Shown here piece after piece: positions 19,599 to 34,000 of a stretch of 64,000 bases of DNA. The stretch lies in NCBI GenBank assembly GCA_021613535.1, contig CP075495.1, positions 9,424,001 to 9,488,000 on the forward strand. The letters run 5' to 3'. Both the position numbers and the translations under genes were made by a program. The DNA is from Adineta vaga. Taxonomy: Eukaryota > Animalia > Rotifera. The notes below the pieces were generated by a model that saw nothing but the letters and a program-made list of their open reading frames with translations, was not told the DNA's origin and did not search any database. Within the stretch, counting starts at the first letter, position 1; each line of letters opens with the position of its first letter.

Positions 19599-22500
19599 TC
19601 AAAAACATACACACATACATTGAAATTTAATTCTCACTTCGTAAATGATATAATATCATAAAAAACTCATCTCATATGAATGAACAAGATTTGATAAAAA
19701 TCCAGCGTTACTCTTCAATGGTCGTTGTTGTCATCTATGTCGTTCGCCTTACTGATGTGAGACTTGCACAACAACCAAATAGTAGAACGAGAAAGATGAG
19801 AAGAAGAAGAAAAAAAACACAGACGCGAGAAAACACTACGAAGCAGTATGTAGTCGTATTTAGTATGTGCATCATGACGGCATAACTTCTTGAGACAACT
19901 CGTTTGTGAGCGTTGGCTCTATTGTCAATTCTTAACCACAAGACTAACTATACATGAACTTTTCTACGGACGATATTTCAATCAATACTATTCAATATAA
20001 AGACATAAAGAAGAATGAAGACAAATGCAACTGATGGTGCCGCATGTTGACGACAATGTTCTCTCCTACCCGGAACCACCTTGACGAACTATCGAGTAGA
20101 AATGTATGGTTGTACGCGAAATCAAACAGGCATCGCCGGCAACTGATTAACATAAATATAGAAGATGTGTATGTATATGTATATATATATATATATATAT
20201 GTATGTGACACAGATGGAAAAAATAAAAGAAAAAAATAAAGAAAAGAAATCAAAAGAATTTTTGCATGTTTGTGTGCAAAATTGTCGATTTTTTTCTTGG
20301 CGACTCTCATCTGTCATCGTTCTATGGTGGACGTGGGGCGCCCGTAGGCTATATGTTTCAAACATAAGAATGAAAAAGGAGAAAGCTTGACATTTTGTTC
20401 TACATCCTTCCGGTATTCTATGTGATGACGATGAGACTACGATGTCAAACTAATCGCTGTAGGGTTAACAAAAAGAACGAAGATTGTTCAGTAAAACAAA
20501 AGTCCTATTGCCTATCAATGTTATTAATCATAGCCATCGTTTACATTGATAACAACTGTAGTAATAGTAGTCGAAACAAGAACATCAACGAGTCATTATT
20601 TTGTTAGATGTTGATGACATCGTGAAGAGAAGAGAAGAAAAAGAAGATGAAGAAGAAGAAGAATAAGAGGAAAAAGCATCCGACCGAAGCAAATGTCAAT
20701 CGCAAAATATTATCAACCCGGCATATAGTTGTTATATATACGCAGACACACGTGTCATCGTTTGCAAATAAGCAGAGACCATTGTTCGCTTGAGATCGAT
20801 CTCTGTCCAACGAGAAGAGAAAGAAAGAAGCAGTAGTAGCAGCAGCAGCAGCGAGAAAAAAAAACTCGAATAAACAAATCGATAGCACTCATTGCACACG
20901 CACACATTATTTCTCTTAACACTACTGACAGCGGAAATGAGGCGACTAGCAACTCATTCGTCGTGCTACTTTCCGATATCTCTGGTTTCCATATAAATGA
21001 CTAGTCAAAAAAAGGACTTCAGCTATTGATTTTCTCGAACTTTCTTTCTCTATTAATGAAGTATCGTTTTAATCATTAGTTCCGGTTTTTTCGATTTAAA
21101 TAAAGATCGTCATCATTTGTATATTTATATATACATATAAATATATATGCATGTATATACAACGATAGACTTCATCTGTAACATACTAAACAGATGGAAA
21201 CACTATCGGAAAAAGAACTTAGTTATGTTCGATGTTTGATAAGTTATAAGAAAATGCATTTAGCGATCGACGTGATAATGATTGTTCATGCGTTTCGATT
21301 AGCATCTATTTAACATCCTATCAGTTATATAAAACAATAGATATATACAGATGGTGAATTTATTAATCATCGATAGAGAAGATTCTAATGACGCTTTTTA
21401 TGTCCAAATAATCTTTTGTATCGATCAGCAAAAAAAATAGCAAAAGAATACATGCATAAATGCCAATGAAATGTAAGAATTATCATATATAAATACAGAA
21501 GAATACGGAATGCAAATCTTCAACTTGTGATATTTCTCGTTTCGATGATAATAAGACAGTTAATTAGATTTTCTTTTACTTAACTATTATAATATTAGCT
21601 TTGTCTATCAAACTGGAAATGTAGAGAGAGAGAGAGAGAGAAAATAAGTTCGAAATTTATGATCTATAGAAAATAATGAAGTTATCGAGCCATGATCTAA
21701 ATCATATAATAAAAAGGCTGAAATAAAATGAGTTGTTTGTTGAATTGTCATTAGTAATATCGTCTATTACGTTGAATAGAAAAGATGCTAATTGTATCGT
21801 GAAATTTTTCAAGTAGAGTCGGCTAACAGCTGGAAGAATGTATGACATTAAAGAGAGAGAGACAGAGAGAAAAACCTATCATCAAATTAACCACTGATAA
21901 CATTTGTCTTAATATAATGTTGACATGAAAGAAAAGTTGATGAAAGAAAATGAAACAGGTTTGTGTTCTTCTTGTTTTCCGTTTTAATAATGATTTGCTA
22001 TGATTAATTTGATGGTTACCATTTCAATAATTATAGAGAAATGAAAGAGAATTACAGTGAGAATAGCTATTGAAAACGTACTTATAACGCTATTCGGAAA
22101 TGATATTCTGGCTATCGATTCAGTATTATTTGTAGAGAAAAATAAATAACACGTAGGCAATAATAAAAAAAGATGATTTTTGTTCTTGATTTCTCCGATA
22201 TTGGAAATATTATTGATTAAAATTTATATCCGTTTTTATTTTGTTTGAAAAATAATGAATTTTGTTCTATCCATTCAAGAAATAAAATAAATAACGTCTA
22301 ATTTTGATGTAAAAATCAACCAGTCTTCTTTTATAGATGTATGGAAACTATCGATTCTCTAAACTGTACCGACAGTATAAATATACCAGAAAGAAAATGA
22401 AATGACGATGTTTTTCTTCTTCTTCTCCTACTATTATTTGATTTCTTTGATATCTCTTCATACTTCTATGTATTCAATTTCGAGGTATATGTAAGAGAGA

Positions 22501-22657
22501 AAGACAGTTTTAACTTTTTCTTTCTCTCTCTCTTTCTCGCTTTCTTGGATTTTATTTATATCGTATCATATACATGTTCATTTCAGTTGCATTCATTTGT
22601 TCGTTCGATTAGTGACTAGTTAGAATATACATATACTTTACATTCTAGTTTGTGATC

Positions 22658-23951
22658 ATGAATCCAAACAATTCAATCTCTCTGGGTGATGAAAAATTTC
22701 AAATGAATGTCGATCAAGATATCGATGATAATAATCGTCTAATAAAATCACGTTTTCTGAACCAACGACGATCATTTCGTTTAACATCATTAATCTATCC
22801 AATTTTATTGGCTATACTTCTTTTAATTGGTACTGTACTTTTAATTCTTACAATAACTCGACGAAATACCTGTCGACAACAACAATTAGAACAAGCCGAA
22901 GTTCTTTTAGGATATAAACCTGACCTTCATGTAATTGATGACGACATGACTTTTCTATCATAATATTTAATCATTTGTTTAGATGAAAACATGGGTGCCA
23001 TGTGTAAAAACAACCACATCATCATGTGCATGTCCAGCATCATTTATTCATTCTTCAGCAAATCCATCTCATTGTATTCCTAATCACTCACGTTGTCTTC
23101 AATCATGTAAAATGAATACACATTGTCAATGTCATAATTTATTAGATCCACTTCGTTGTCGCATTGCTACACGTAATTGGGTTGATAATGAATTAAAAAT
23201 TGGATCTGTTGAACGTGCTCGTATTCCAGTCACAAATCCGTTATTGCAATATACATGGATGGATAAATTCAATCGTCAATTAGAACGTTTATTAGTAGAT
23301 ACACGTTCAGGTGAACGTTTATTTCTAAGTGGAGATAGACAAACAGGTATTGCTATTCATGAACAAGATGATGATTATCTGTTAAATGAACGATGGACAA
23401 AGATCGAAATTAATACTACACGACAACATATTGTTTATACACAATTAAATCCACAAACACATTCGGTAAATAAATGGAAAACAAATGAAACAAAATGATT
23501 TTCTTTTTTTTTAATCTAGTGTCGTATGTCATCATTACATGATGATGGTTCAATTACACATGGTCCAGTTCATTCATGTCCAGGTACACCAATGGGTGCA
23601 CCATACTTCTTTGGTGTTGCTTGTAAAGATGTTCTTGTCCTTTGGCATGGTTCTCGTCAAATCAAACTTCGACGACAAGAAGGTTGGACTACGGCAAGAC
23701 ATCATTTCGAATCAATCATGCCACGTTTACCTGTTTTACTCGATCCATTTCATCGTTATTATTCGATATATGATGATTCAATGATTGAAATTAAAGACTT
23801 GAATGGTGATGTTCTTGCTCAATTTTTTACTGATATTGTTCGACCAACAAGATTTGAATTTCTTGATCATCATGGTACCATGTGGATTGCAAATCAAACA
23901 CATATGCAATTATTCCGTTCCAAAAATGAACAAGCATGGCTCGAATTTTAA
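22658..23951 (+). CDS. Uncharacterised type II single-pass membrane protein with Cys-rich ectodomain segment (3 exons: ~22658-22930, 22983-23465, 23520-23951)
   Basis: Three consecutive long ORFs are joined by short GT-AG introns. An N-terminal basic stretch precedes TM LIYPILLAILLLIGTVLLILTI, then a Cys cluster (PCVKTTTSSCACPASF...HCIPNHSRCLQSCKMNTHCQC...RC). Confidence 0.7.
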
Positions 23952-24443
23952 TACGTTTTATTCTTTCGTTTAGCGTGCTTTTATCTTTTATACGATATGA
24001 ATAAAGAACTATTCATTTTATTTCTTCTTATCATTTTAAACCATTTTGTTGTGAAAACAATCAAAGATTAGTTCATTGAGATAAAAAGATTCACTTAACG
24101 ACGAATTATTATGTGAATATATGTATATAATATACCTACAAATTGTACAATTTCTCTCTCACTCTCTCTCTCTCTCTGTATCACTGTTGGCAGTGTAATT
24201 CTCCTATCTCACTTTCTATCTTCGTCAGCTTTTTATGCACGGTTCAAGTAATAGAGAATAATGAATTTCACCTGATACCATTGTATTTTATATTTTATTG
24301 GAAAACAAGTTAGCATGATTTTGATGCCATTTCTTATCATCAATAGATGTATGTCGATAGCATAAAACGAACGAAATCAATACTACTTATACGGCAAATA
24401 CAAAACATACATGAAAAGAAACAAATCTGCGAAGAACTGGTTA

Positions 24444-26641
24444 TTATGTTCGACCACCCAGATTTCTATTGAAACGCAGTGCAAGATATGCACTAATACG
24501 AAAGACTACAAACATTGCAAACAGAACAACAAAATTAGGTCCAATATCAAGACCAGCATCAAAGTAACGAAGAGCATCAGAACCATAGAATGTGCCATTG
24601 GTATTGTTTCGACATATATCTATGTACGATCCATCAACACATCGATATACATTATCACCTTTAAATTGTAATCGAATGCATGCACTGTAAGCATATTTAA
24701 AAAAAGACAACCATGGACTCCATGTACCTAACCAGTTAGGTAAGTTTTTAATGAAAAAACCACCTACTAACATTAGAGTAATCAGAAGAACTGTTGCAGC
24801 TGTAATGGCATGATGTAAATTTCTAAATGAAGCACCGAGAAAAAGACCGATCGATTCAGCTACAAGGATGGATAGAAGCTGAAACACAAGGATGCCAAGA
24901 AAGATCCCAAAACTATCGTTGATTCTTGCCATCCAGTAGGCAATAATTAGAAATAATGTGGGTAAAACCAGTTTTAATGGTGCTTCTGCTAATGATTTTC
25001 CAAGAAAATAAGCCGATAGACGAAACGATCCACTTGCACGTTCTTTATCAATAACGGCACGTTCAAATGGAAACGATAATAAACCCATCATTAAAGTCTG
25101 GAATGGCCAAAATGTCATAATAAAGAAAATAAATGATGATCGGTCAGGTATTGTGGTTTCCCTATATTCCATACGTAACCAGCAAAAGCCACATACTACA
25201 GCTATAGTCAGTGCTTGAGCGAAGTTGAGAAATGTGAATTGAGCTTTACCAGTCAACCGAAAACTTCGTGAAAATAATATCAACATTTGTGCTAAAAATC
25301 CAATCGGCCATTTCCCTTCTCGTTTCTCTGGAATCAAATTCACATTATCTGGATTTGTCAAGTCACTTTCTTTTCCTGATGGTTCTGCCATCAAATAACG
25401 ACTAGATTCCGACAATTGTTGTGGTACTTTATCAGCAACAAGACGATGCTGAAGATAGGCTTCTTTCAGTTCTTCACGAATCTTCATGTCTTGATTCACA
25501 AGATCCATCACATAATCTGCTGGATTGTATTGGGCAGGACATTGATGACCCATCGTCGAGAAATATGCAAGTGCATTCGATGGTCGACCCTACACAGAGC
25601 ATAGAACAAACATGAATGTATACTCTCAACACAATCAGTCGATACATACCATGAAGATAGCTTTACCATCTGCGAGAAGAATGAGCTGATCAAACGATTG
25701 AAAGATTTGTGATGACGGCTGATGAATTGATGTGATGATTGTTTTGCCTTGCATGGCTAACTCACGAAGAACATCCATCAATGAAACAGCTGATGTACTA
25801 TCCAAACCAGATGTTGGTTCTATACGAACATTTCGATATAAAAGATATTCACATTCGATTTCGTCTTCACTTACCATCAAGAAAGATGACACTTGGATTA
25901 GTGAGAAGTTCAGTTCCGATGTTGACACGTTTCTTTTCTCCGCCTGATATTAACATGATGGGTGTATTAGCGCATTTTCGAATGCGAAGTTGATCAATGA
26001 TTTGCTCGACTTGAGCAAGTTTATCTTTTCGTGAGAGATGATTGGGTAATCGAAGAAGTGCAGTATAAGTGAGTTGTTGTTTGACAGTGAGACTTTCGAA
26101 GAAAAGATCTTGTTGAAGAACATATGCAAGTTTTCGTTTCATTGCTCGATCATATTGTTGATTGTTGTACCAAATATTACCAGTGACACCACTCAACGCT
26201 CGACCAGCAAGTGTATTGAGAAGTGTGGTTTTACCACATCCTAGTAAAGAATGAAGGTAAATATGTGGATGTGAACGCGTGAAATGAATGTAACTAACCT
26301 GATGGTCCCATGAGTGCCACGATTTGTCGAGGATGAATTTGACCTGAGAGATTGTCGAGAAGAGTTCGTTGAATGAATCGTTCTTTTGAAGTTGGATCGA
26401 TCATTTTGGCTGGAACGTTGATGACTTTGGAGACACCGTGAAATGTAACTGTAATGCGAGATGATTGTGTAGCTATGATTTGAGCACCTTCCAGTGACAT
26501 TGGGATCTGCAATGTATCTCCATCGCGCATTTGAATGACGGTATCTGCATTCATAGACTTTTCATTTGTAAAATCTTTCTCATCATTTAAGTCGATTTCA
26601 AATGCGTTATTGTGATTTGGAATATCTAGTGCGGTAGGCAT
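24444..26641 (-). CDS. ABCG (White-family) half-transporter, copy A, 4 exons
   Basis: Walker A GPSG|CGKTT, signature ISGGEKKRV, Walker B/D-loop VIFLDEPTSGLD, H-loop TSIHQP, NPADY motif and a 6-TM domain with KERASG..RLSAY. Confidence 0.95.
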
Positions 26642-27711
26642 TTTCGATTTCTAGTCGAAAAAATTTTCTGAGTTGGAAAATATTTGCTAGGCATGTATAT
26701 ATATGATATTCCTGTTGGATCGTATGTTATTACGCAAAGTTTATTTTGGTTGAAAAACACACCGACGCATGCTGAGTGCAATTGTATTTCGTAGTTATTT
26801 TCTTTTGATTTGCGATACTTGAGGCGTATCATTTATTTGGTTTTATTTGAAGCACAGGCGTGAGCAGATAGATATAAAAAATACGTGACTATTTTGCTTG
26901 ATTTGAGGAGAGATGCTCTGCGAGGACAAAATATTCAATAGGTGCATTTGACTACACAATTTTGATTAACGCAATATAAAAGGTATTTTTTTTACTATTC
27001 TACAGTACTTGGTCTGGTATGTGACACCCATTACAAAAAAATATAAATTTATTATTTCATCGTTTCTTTACGTATTATTTTTTTTCCTGTCAAGGTGCTG
27101 TTTTTATAATCGTGTATATTATTTATATGGTCCGATCGAATGATATTTTACTGTTGACAAAGGCGGAAAAATAGTTTTGTTGCGAAATTAAGTTTTTCCA
27201 CAGATTGAAATTAGAAAATGACATGTGAATATGCATGAGATTTGCCTCATATAGAGAAATAAAGACGTTGTAAAATTATAATTGTATGGTTTACAGGCGT
27301 TTTTTACTATCTATTTATATTACTCGGTCATTTTCTGACTTATTTCTTCGATTATTTGCAACAAACTATGTCTGCATTCTTTTTACTTAAATTAAAATGA
27401 TTGAAGTGTTCTCGTACATTTTAAACTTGTAATTATCGACTTTAAATTTCAGTTCAAATAAAAGAATTTATATCTGTCTATGGATGGTCTAGAGTATGCT
27501 CATTTGATCTTAGAAACGATAATCATAATTAATCAATATAGTTTAAATAACATCGAATTCAATATCTCAAAAACAATGAAAATATTGTCACGTAATAATA
27601 ATAGTTACCAATAAATCTACTATGTAAAATATTTTATTTTTATTATTATATAAATACATATTTTCGTATCTATAATATAGAAAACATATACAATCATACG
27701 AATAAAACTAA

Positions 27712-29909
27712 TCATGTTCGACCACTACTGTTATTGACAAATCGTAATGCAAGATATGCACAAATACGAAATACTACAAACATGCCGAACAGTACCAAAA
27801 AGTTCCAACCAATATGAATACCATAATCAAAATAATATATTGCTTCATTACTAATAAATGTTCCATTCGGATTATTTCGACATGAGACGATAATCGAACC
27901 ATCAACACAGTCATAGATTTGTCCACCTTTGAATTGCAGTTGTAAACATGCATTATAAGCATATTTGAAGAATGACAACCATTTACCCCATACACCTAAC
28001 CAATGTGGAAGATTTCGAACAAAAAAACCACCTACTAACATTAGAGTAATCAGAAGAACTGTTGCAGCTGTAATAGCATGATGTAAATTTTTTAATGCTG
28101 CACCGAGCAAAAGACCTAATGATTCGGCTACCAAAATGGATAAGAGTTGAAAAACAAGAATGGCGAGAAAAATACCAAAATTGTTGTTAATTCTTGCCAT
28201 CCAGTAAGCAATAATTAGAAATAATGTGGGTAAAACCAGTTTTAATGGTGCTTCTGCTAGTGACTTTGCAACAAAATAAGCCGATAAACGATATGCTCCA
28301 CTTGCACGTTCTTTTTCGATAACACCACGTTCAAATGGAAACGATAATAAACCCATCATTAGTGTTTGTAAAGGCCAAAAGGTCATCAGAAAGAAAATAA
28401 ATGATGATCGGTCAGGTATCGTGGATTCACTGAAGTCCATTCGTAACCAGCAGAGACCACTGACGATAGCTAATGCTATCGCTTGTGCAAAGTTAAGAAA
28501 TGTGAATTGAGCTTTACCAGTCAACCGAAAACTTCGTGAAAATAATATCAACATTTGTGCTAAAAATCCAATCGGCCATTTCCCTTCTCGTTTCTCTGGA
28601 ATCAAATTCACATTATCTGGATTTGTCAAGTCACTTTCTTTTCCCGATGGTTCTGCCATCAAATAACGACTAGATTCCGACAATTGTTGTGGTACTTTAT
28701 CAGCAACAAGACGATGCTGAAGATAGGCTTCTTTCAGTTCTTCACGAATCTTCATGTCTTGATTCACAAGATCCATCACATAATCTGCTGGATTGTATTG
28801 GGCAGGACATTGATGACCCATCGTCGAGAAATATGCAAGTGCATTCGATGGTCGACCCTACACAGAGCATAGAACAAACATGAATGTATACTCTCAACAC
28901 AATCAGTCGATACATACCATGAAGATAGCTTTACCATCTGCGAGAAGAATGAGCTGATCAAACGATTGAAAGATTTGTGATGACGGCTGATGAATTGATG
29001 TGATGATTGTTTTGCCTTGCATGGCTAACTCACGAAGAACATCCATCAATGAGACAGCTGATGTACTATCCAAACCAGATGTTGGTTCTATACGAACATT
29101 TCGATATAAAAGATATTCACATTCGATTTCGTCTTCACTTACCATCAAGAAAGATGACACTTGGATTAGTGAGAAGTTCAGTTCCGATGTTGACACGTTT
29201 CTTTTCTCCGCCTGATATTAACATGATGGGTGTATTAGCGCATTTTCGAATGCGAAGTTGATCAATGATTTGCTCGACTTGAGCAAGTTTATCTTTTCGT
29301 GAGAGATGATTGGGTAATCGAAGAAGTGCAGTATAAGTGAGTTGTTGTTTGACAGTGAGACTTTCGAAGAAGAGATCTTGTTGAAGAACATATGCAAGTT
29401 TTCGTTTCATTGCTCGATCATATTGTTGATTGTTGTACCAAATATTACCGGTGACACCACTCAATGCTCGACCAGCGAGTGTGTTGAGAAGTGTGGTTTT
29501 ACCACATCCTAGTAAAGAATGCAGGTAGATATGTGGATGTGAACGTGTGAAATGAATGTAACTAACCTGATGGTCCCATGAGTGCCACGATTTGTCGAGG
29601 ATGAATTTGACCTGAGAGATTGTCGAGAAGAGTTCGTTGAATGAATCGTTCTTTTGAAGTTGGATCGATCATTTTGGCTGGAACGTTGATGACTTTGGAG
29701 ACACCGTGAAATGTAACTGTAATGCGAGGTGATTGTGCAGCCATGATTTGAGCACCTTCCACTGACATCTGAGTTTGCAATGTGTCACCATCACGCATTT
29801 CAATCAAATGTACTTTATGTCGACCGCTCGGCGTATATTGCGATGCTTTTTCGTCGGTTGGTTCGATATAAGCAGGATTTAAATACGAATTCTGGTCTGT
29901 AGCGCTCAT
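27712..29909 (-). CDS. ABCG (White-family) half-transporter, copy B, tandem paralog
   Basis: Same motifs and intron positions as copy A at a 3268-bp offset; starts MSATDQNSYLNPAY. Confidence 0.95.
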
Positions 29910-31039
29910 ACTAATATCTTTTAGTGGTAGATAAGAATTGAATAATGTTTGGATCAAAATGAAAGCTGTATATATACTAAGAAGTATTGTGCACCTAAAA
30001 TACAACGGTGATGACCGTTTGTTTTACGATCGGTTGATTTTGCTGTATAACCTCGTACTTATCTGACGTGTCGTACGTTTTTTCGTGCGTCATAACGTCA
30101 ATTATCTAGCAAAGGTAATCAAAGTGATTGGTTTATATTATTGAGTTTGAAAAATCGTGCTCTGCGAACGTTCGTTCATTTCGTAATTTGTTTTTCACGA
30201 AAAGCAACGTAATCGAAACGAATTTGTGCGCTAATTAGATAAAATGCTTTGTCACAGTATAATAGAGTGCAAGAGAATGGTTTATTTTACAGTAGGTAAG
30301 TATAATTATGAACAAATTTCAGAAGGATTTAGAATTGGCAACATTATGAAACATTTGTTTTATTTATATATATATATATATGTATGTTTATTTATTTTTT
30401 TAAATTGATATAATGTACAATATTAAAAGGTTGTGGTAAGTCTTTCTAACCAGCAGTGACAAGTTATATTGAAAATATTTTCATAAACTAGCTTAATGAA
30501 TCTTTTTGAAATGATGAAATCTTATCTGTTATATTCTACATTTGAGGTTAAAGAAAAGAAAGAGCTGTTAATAATTTGAGTGAGGTAGATAAAGATGTCC
30601 TCTTAATCAAACGAATTTATCTCTTATCAATGTTAACGCGTAGTCAACATAACAAGCTAGTCAGATGTTTTTATCCATATCATCATTACATTGTTTTTGT
30701 TTTTCAAAAAATTCAAATATGAATTCATTTTATATCGAAAATTACCAAAGACTATTTAAAATAATGAGTTAATAGAGAAAGAAAACATTTTATCCTCATT
30801 ATTAAGTGTCTTGAATATCTTCCAGTCAAATATGTTATTATGAGCAATTTTTGTGCAAGATTTATTTTCACTAAAAAAAGTGAAGCCCGTTTATGTTTTT
30901 GAGATCACACTAATAAACAAAAATAGACAGAAATTGAAAAGCAAGGGAAAGAGAAAATTTTTGTTAAATGACGAAAGAAAATCGAAAATTGAATAGATAG
31001 AGCACCGTTGAAAGAAAAAGGAAACAGAAATTTATAACA

Positions 31040-34000
31040 CTAATATATATCGGGACAGTTATTCCAATTTCGATGCCAATATTTTTCATTCGATACCCAA
31101 ACATCTTGTCCAGTTATTTCATGTTTAACAAGACGAAACCATCTAATAAACAATGAGAATATTAAAAAAAAGAAAGTTTTAACGAAGAAAACAATCATAA
31201 TCATTCGTACCTTGGTTGCCATTCTTCTCGACGTTTTTCCATTGTTCGTCTTGATATACGTTGTTTTTCTTCGAGACGATCTTTTTCTTGTCCAGCTAAT
31301 TCAATGTTACCTTCTTCCATTTGACGAATATCTGGACGATTGCGTGAATCTGTTGGTGGTAACGGTGGTCGAGTCCTCTTATCTTCTTCTGTCCATTCGT
31401 TTAATGCCATTGTAAATAACGAAAAATTATAATACTAAAACGATTTATTACATTCTATTTCTTCAAATAGAAAATACATTTTTTCCTTACTTGTGATGCA
31501 TAGTCTAATTTTGGAATAATTCTCCAAAGTGTAATAGAATTTGGTGGAAGATTAAGTTGTTCATGTGATGGATCAACATCTGGCAAGTCTTCATCTAGAT
31601 CATTATTATCAGCACCATTTGCTGTCGCTGCTGCTGTAGTTGTTGTTTGTTGTTGTTGTGGTGGTGGTGGATTTTTAGAAGCATTTTTGAAATCTTTTTT
31701 CTGCTGTTTTAAAAATGCTTCAAAATGATTTATATCAATGGAATAGATAGCATCTGTCCAATATCCATATAATCCACGTATTTTATTTTTTCTACAAAAA
31801 CGAGAGATCAGTTCATACATATGTAATATAGTCTATTACAACTCACTTTGGATCATAAATATAACCTTCTACTTTGTGTAATTCTTTTGAAGACCATGAA
31901 TATGGCTTAAAATTAATAATAGCTTTAACTTTATTCGTATGATTAATAATCTCCATTGTACCATGCTAAATTCCCATGAGCAAAGTTTAGGAAATTTCCT
32001 TCAAAACGAAAGTGAAAATCACTTACATATTCAAACCAAAGACGTCCTACGACAATATTATGAATTGTACATGTTACACTTTCCCATGTGTAAACTTCTT
32101 TATGTCTAAATATGAAAAGTTTCTTTCGAAAATTTATTCTACTATATTGATCTACCGTTTAAGTTCTAATGTTAATAAACCTTTTGGATTCACTTCCATA
32201 TTTTTAACAGAAAATTTTGCTTTTGGTAAAATACTTCCATAGAATCTCCATCGATCACCGTTATTTTTAGATTCACATGTAAATGCACTAACTGGTGGAT
32301 GGTGACTAACTTGCTCACTCATATAACGAAATGGTAGATCATCCCTTAAAAAATACAAAAACAATCCAATTTATGTAATTTCAAAGAAAATTTTCTTACT
32401 AACCGAACAAATTCATATGTTTCACCAAGTAATGGATTGAATGGTTTTGATAAACGATCACAATTGTTCGATATCGATGAAACAGCAAATGCTGCAACAT
32501 ACTAACAAGAAAAATAGCGACAAGTAAAGACAAATTATTAATCATAATATGTCTATTTCTACCTGCATTCTCATATATGGATCATCACATTCATCTGCAC
32601 GATCGAGTAAATATGAATAAACAGCATTTTCAGTAAAACGTTGAAGAAATGACACTGGCTCATTCCATACAATAGGCATTGTTATTTTCGATAATTCCTA
32701 AGAAAATTAAAATAAATCTACTTAATAATGTTTTTTTATGAAATTATTAATATCTGATTTTTATCGAACCATAGGTTACCGAGCAACATGAGTCTGTTTT
32801 CAGTTATAAAATTATTTTTTATTCTAAACGCAATCAGAAGGAAACCATCATGCATAGTGTCTTAGAATAATAGCAAAGTAGTCAATTTGGTAGTACGCTT
32901 ATTGTTTTCGATACAAGTCAAACTTTTCTAGTTCTCATAATAATATAATCCATAACCTTGATCTTAATTGAAGATGATATAAATCGCTACTCAAAAATTG
33001 GTTCTAATCTTATTTTCAATCTTAATCAAAGTTAGTCATCTAGGACAAAATAATTTTCTCCACGTCATTTTTTATTTAATCATTCTTGTTTGATGAAGAA
33101 TAAATATGCACTAATCACTATGAAGTTCTATCATCAAAGTCAACTCAATGTAATCTGACATAGACAAAGAGAGAGAAAGATAAAGTTTTTAAAGTTTTTC
33201 TCCAAATGATTTACTTTTCCAATACATTGTTTTAGAATACTCCATATACTAATTTGTGAACGATCAAACATTGGTACCGGAAGTTTTGTTCTAAAAGATA
33301 AATAATAAAGATAATAAATTAATACAACTTTTCTCATTAATGGAAATCATTAGGACTAATCTTTACCTCTGAGCATTTTTCTGTAATACAACATACAGAT
33401 TATCCATATGTATTGAAATAATCGAAAGAAAATTTTTCTACAAATTGATTCGATTAATGGTTTATAAGAGAAGTCAATGTGCTTTTATGACTTGAAAATG
33501 TTAAGGTTAAATGAGAATAGAGAAAAAGAAAGAAATGTTTACTAGTTCTTTACTCTTTTCTTCTTCTTCTTCTTCTCTTTTTTTTATCGAATGAGTATAG
33601 AAAATGATATATAGAACTTTAGTTGCTGTTCATCCATCTCGGAGACAGATGCATCAGACAATTTCTTTCTCTCAACAAGAGTCCTTTTTAGAGAAGAAAA
33701 GAAAGAGAAAAAATTGTTACTGAGAAAACAATGTTACTGTTTTATCTAGCCTTTTTTCACAGTTTTTCTTTTCGATCACGCCACCTTTCTCTCTGTGATA
33801 TTTAATTTAACGTCTAACACAGGAATACGTCGGTGAGAATGGAGAAAAAAGTCGAGGTAGAAAGATAAAGATAATAAATATATGAGGTGGCTAAAACCAA
33901 AAGTAAAATTGAGAAAAAGAGAAAGAGAGAGAGAGGAGAAAACAAGCGTCGACTATCTCTGATATGGTGAGATGTAAAACAGAAAATAATTTTAATCATA

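Noticed and set aside
17700-22600. Numerous short ORFs upstream of the TRPC gene
   Set aside because: They are low-complexity translations of microsatellite, poly-T and poly-A DNA with no coherent exon chain; more likely 5' UTR exons and regulatory DNA
30581-30602. TGAGGTAG let-7-like seed
   Set aside because: The rest does not match let-7 and no precursor hairpin is evident
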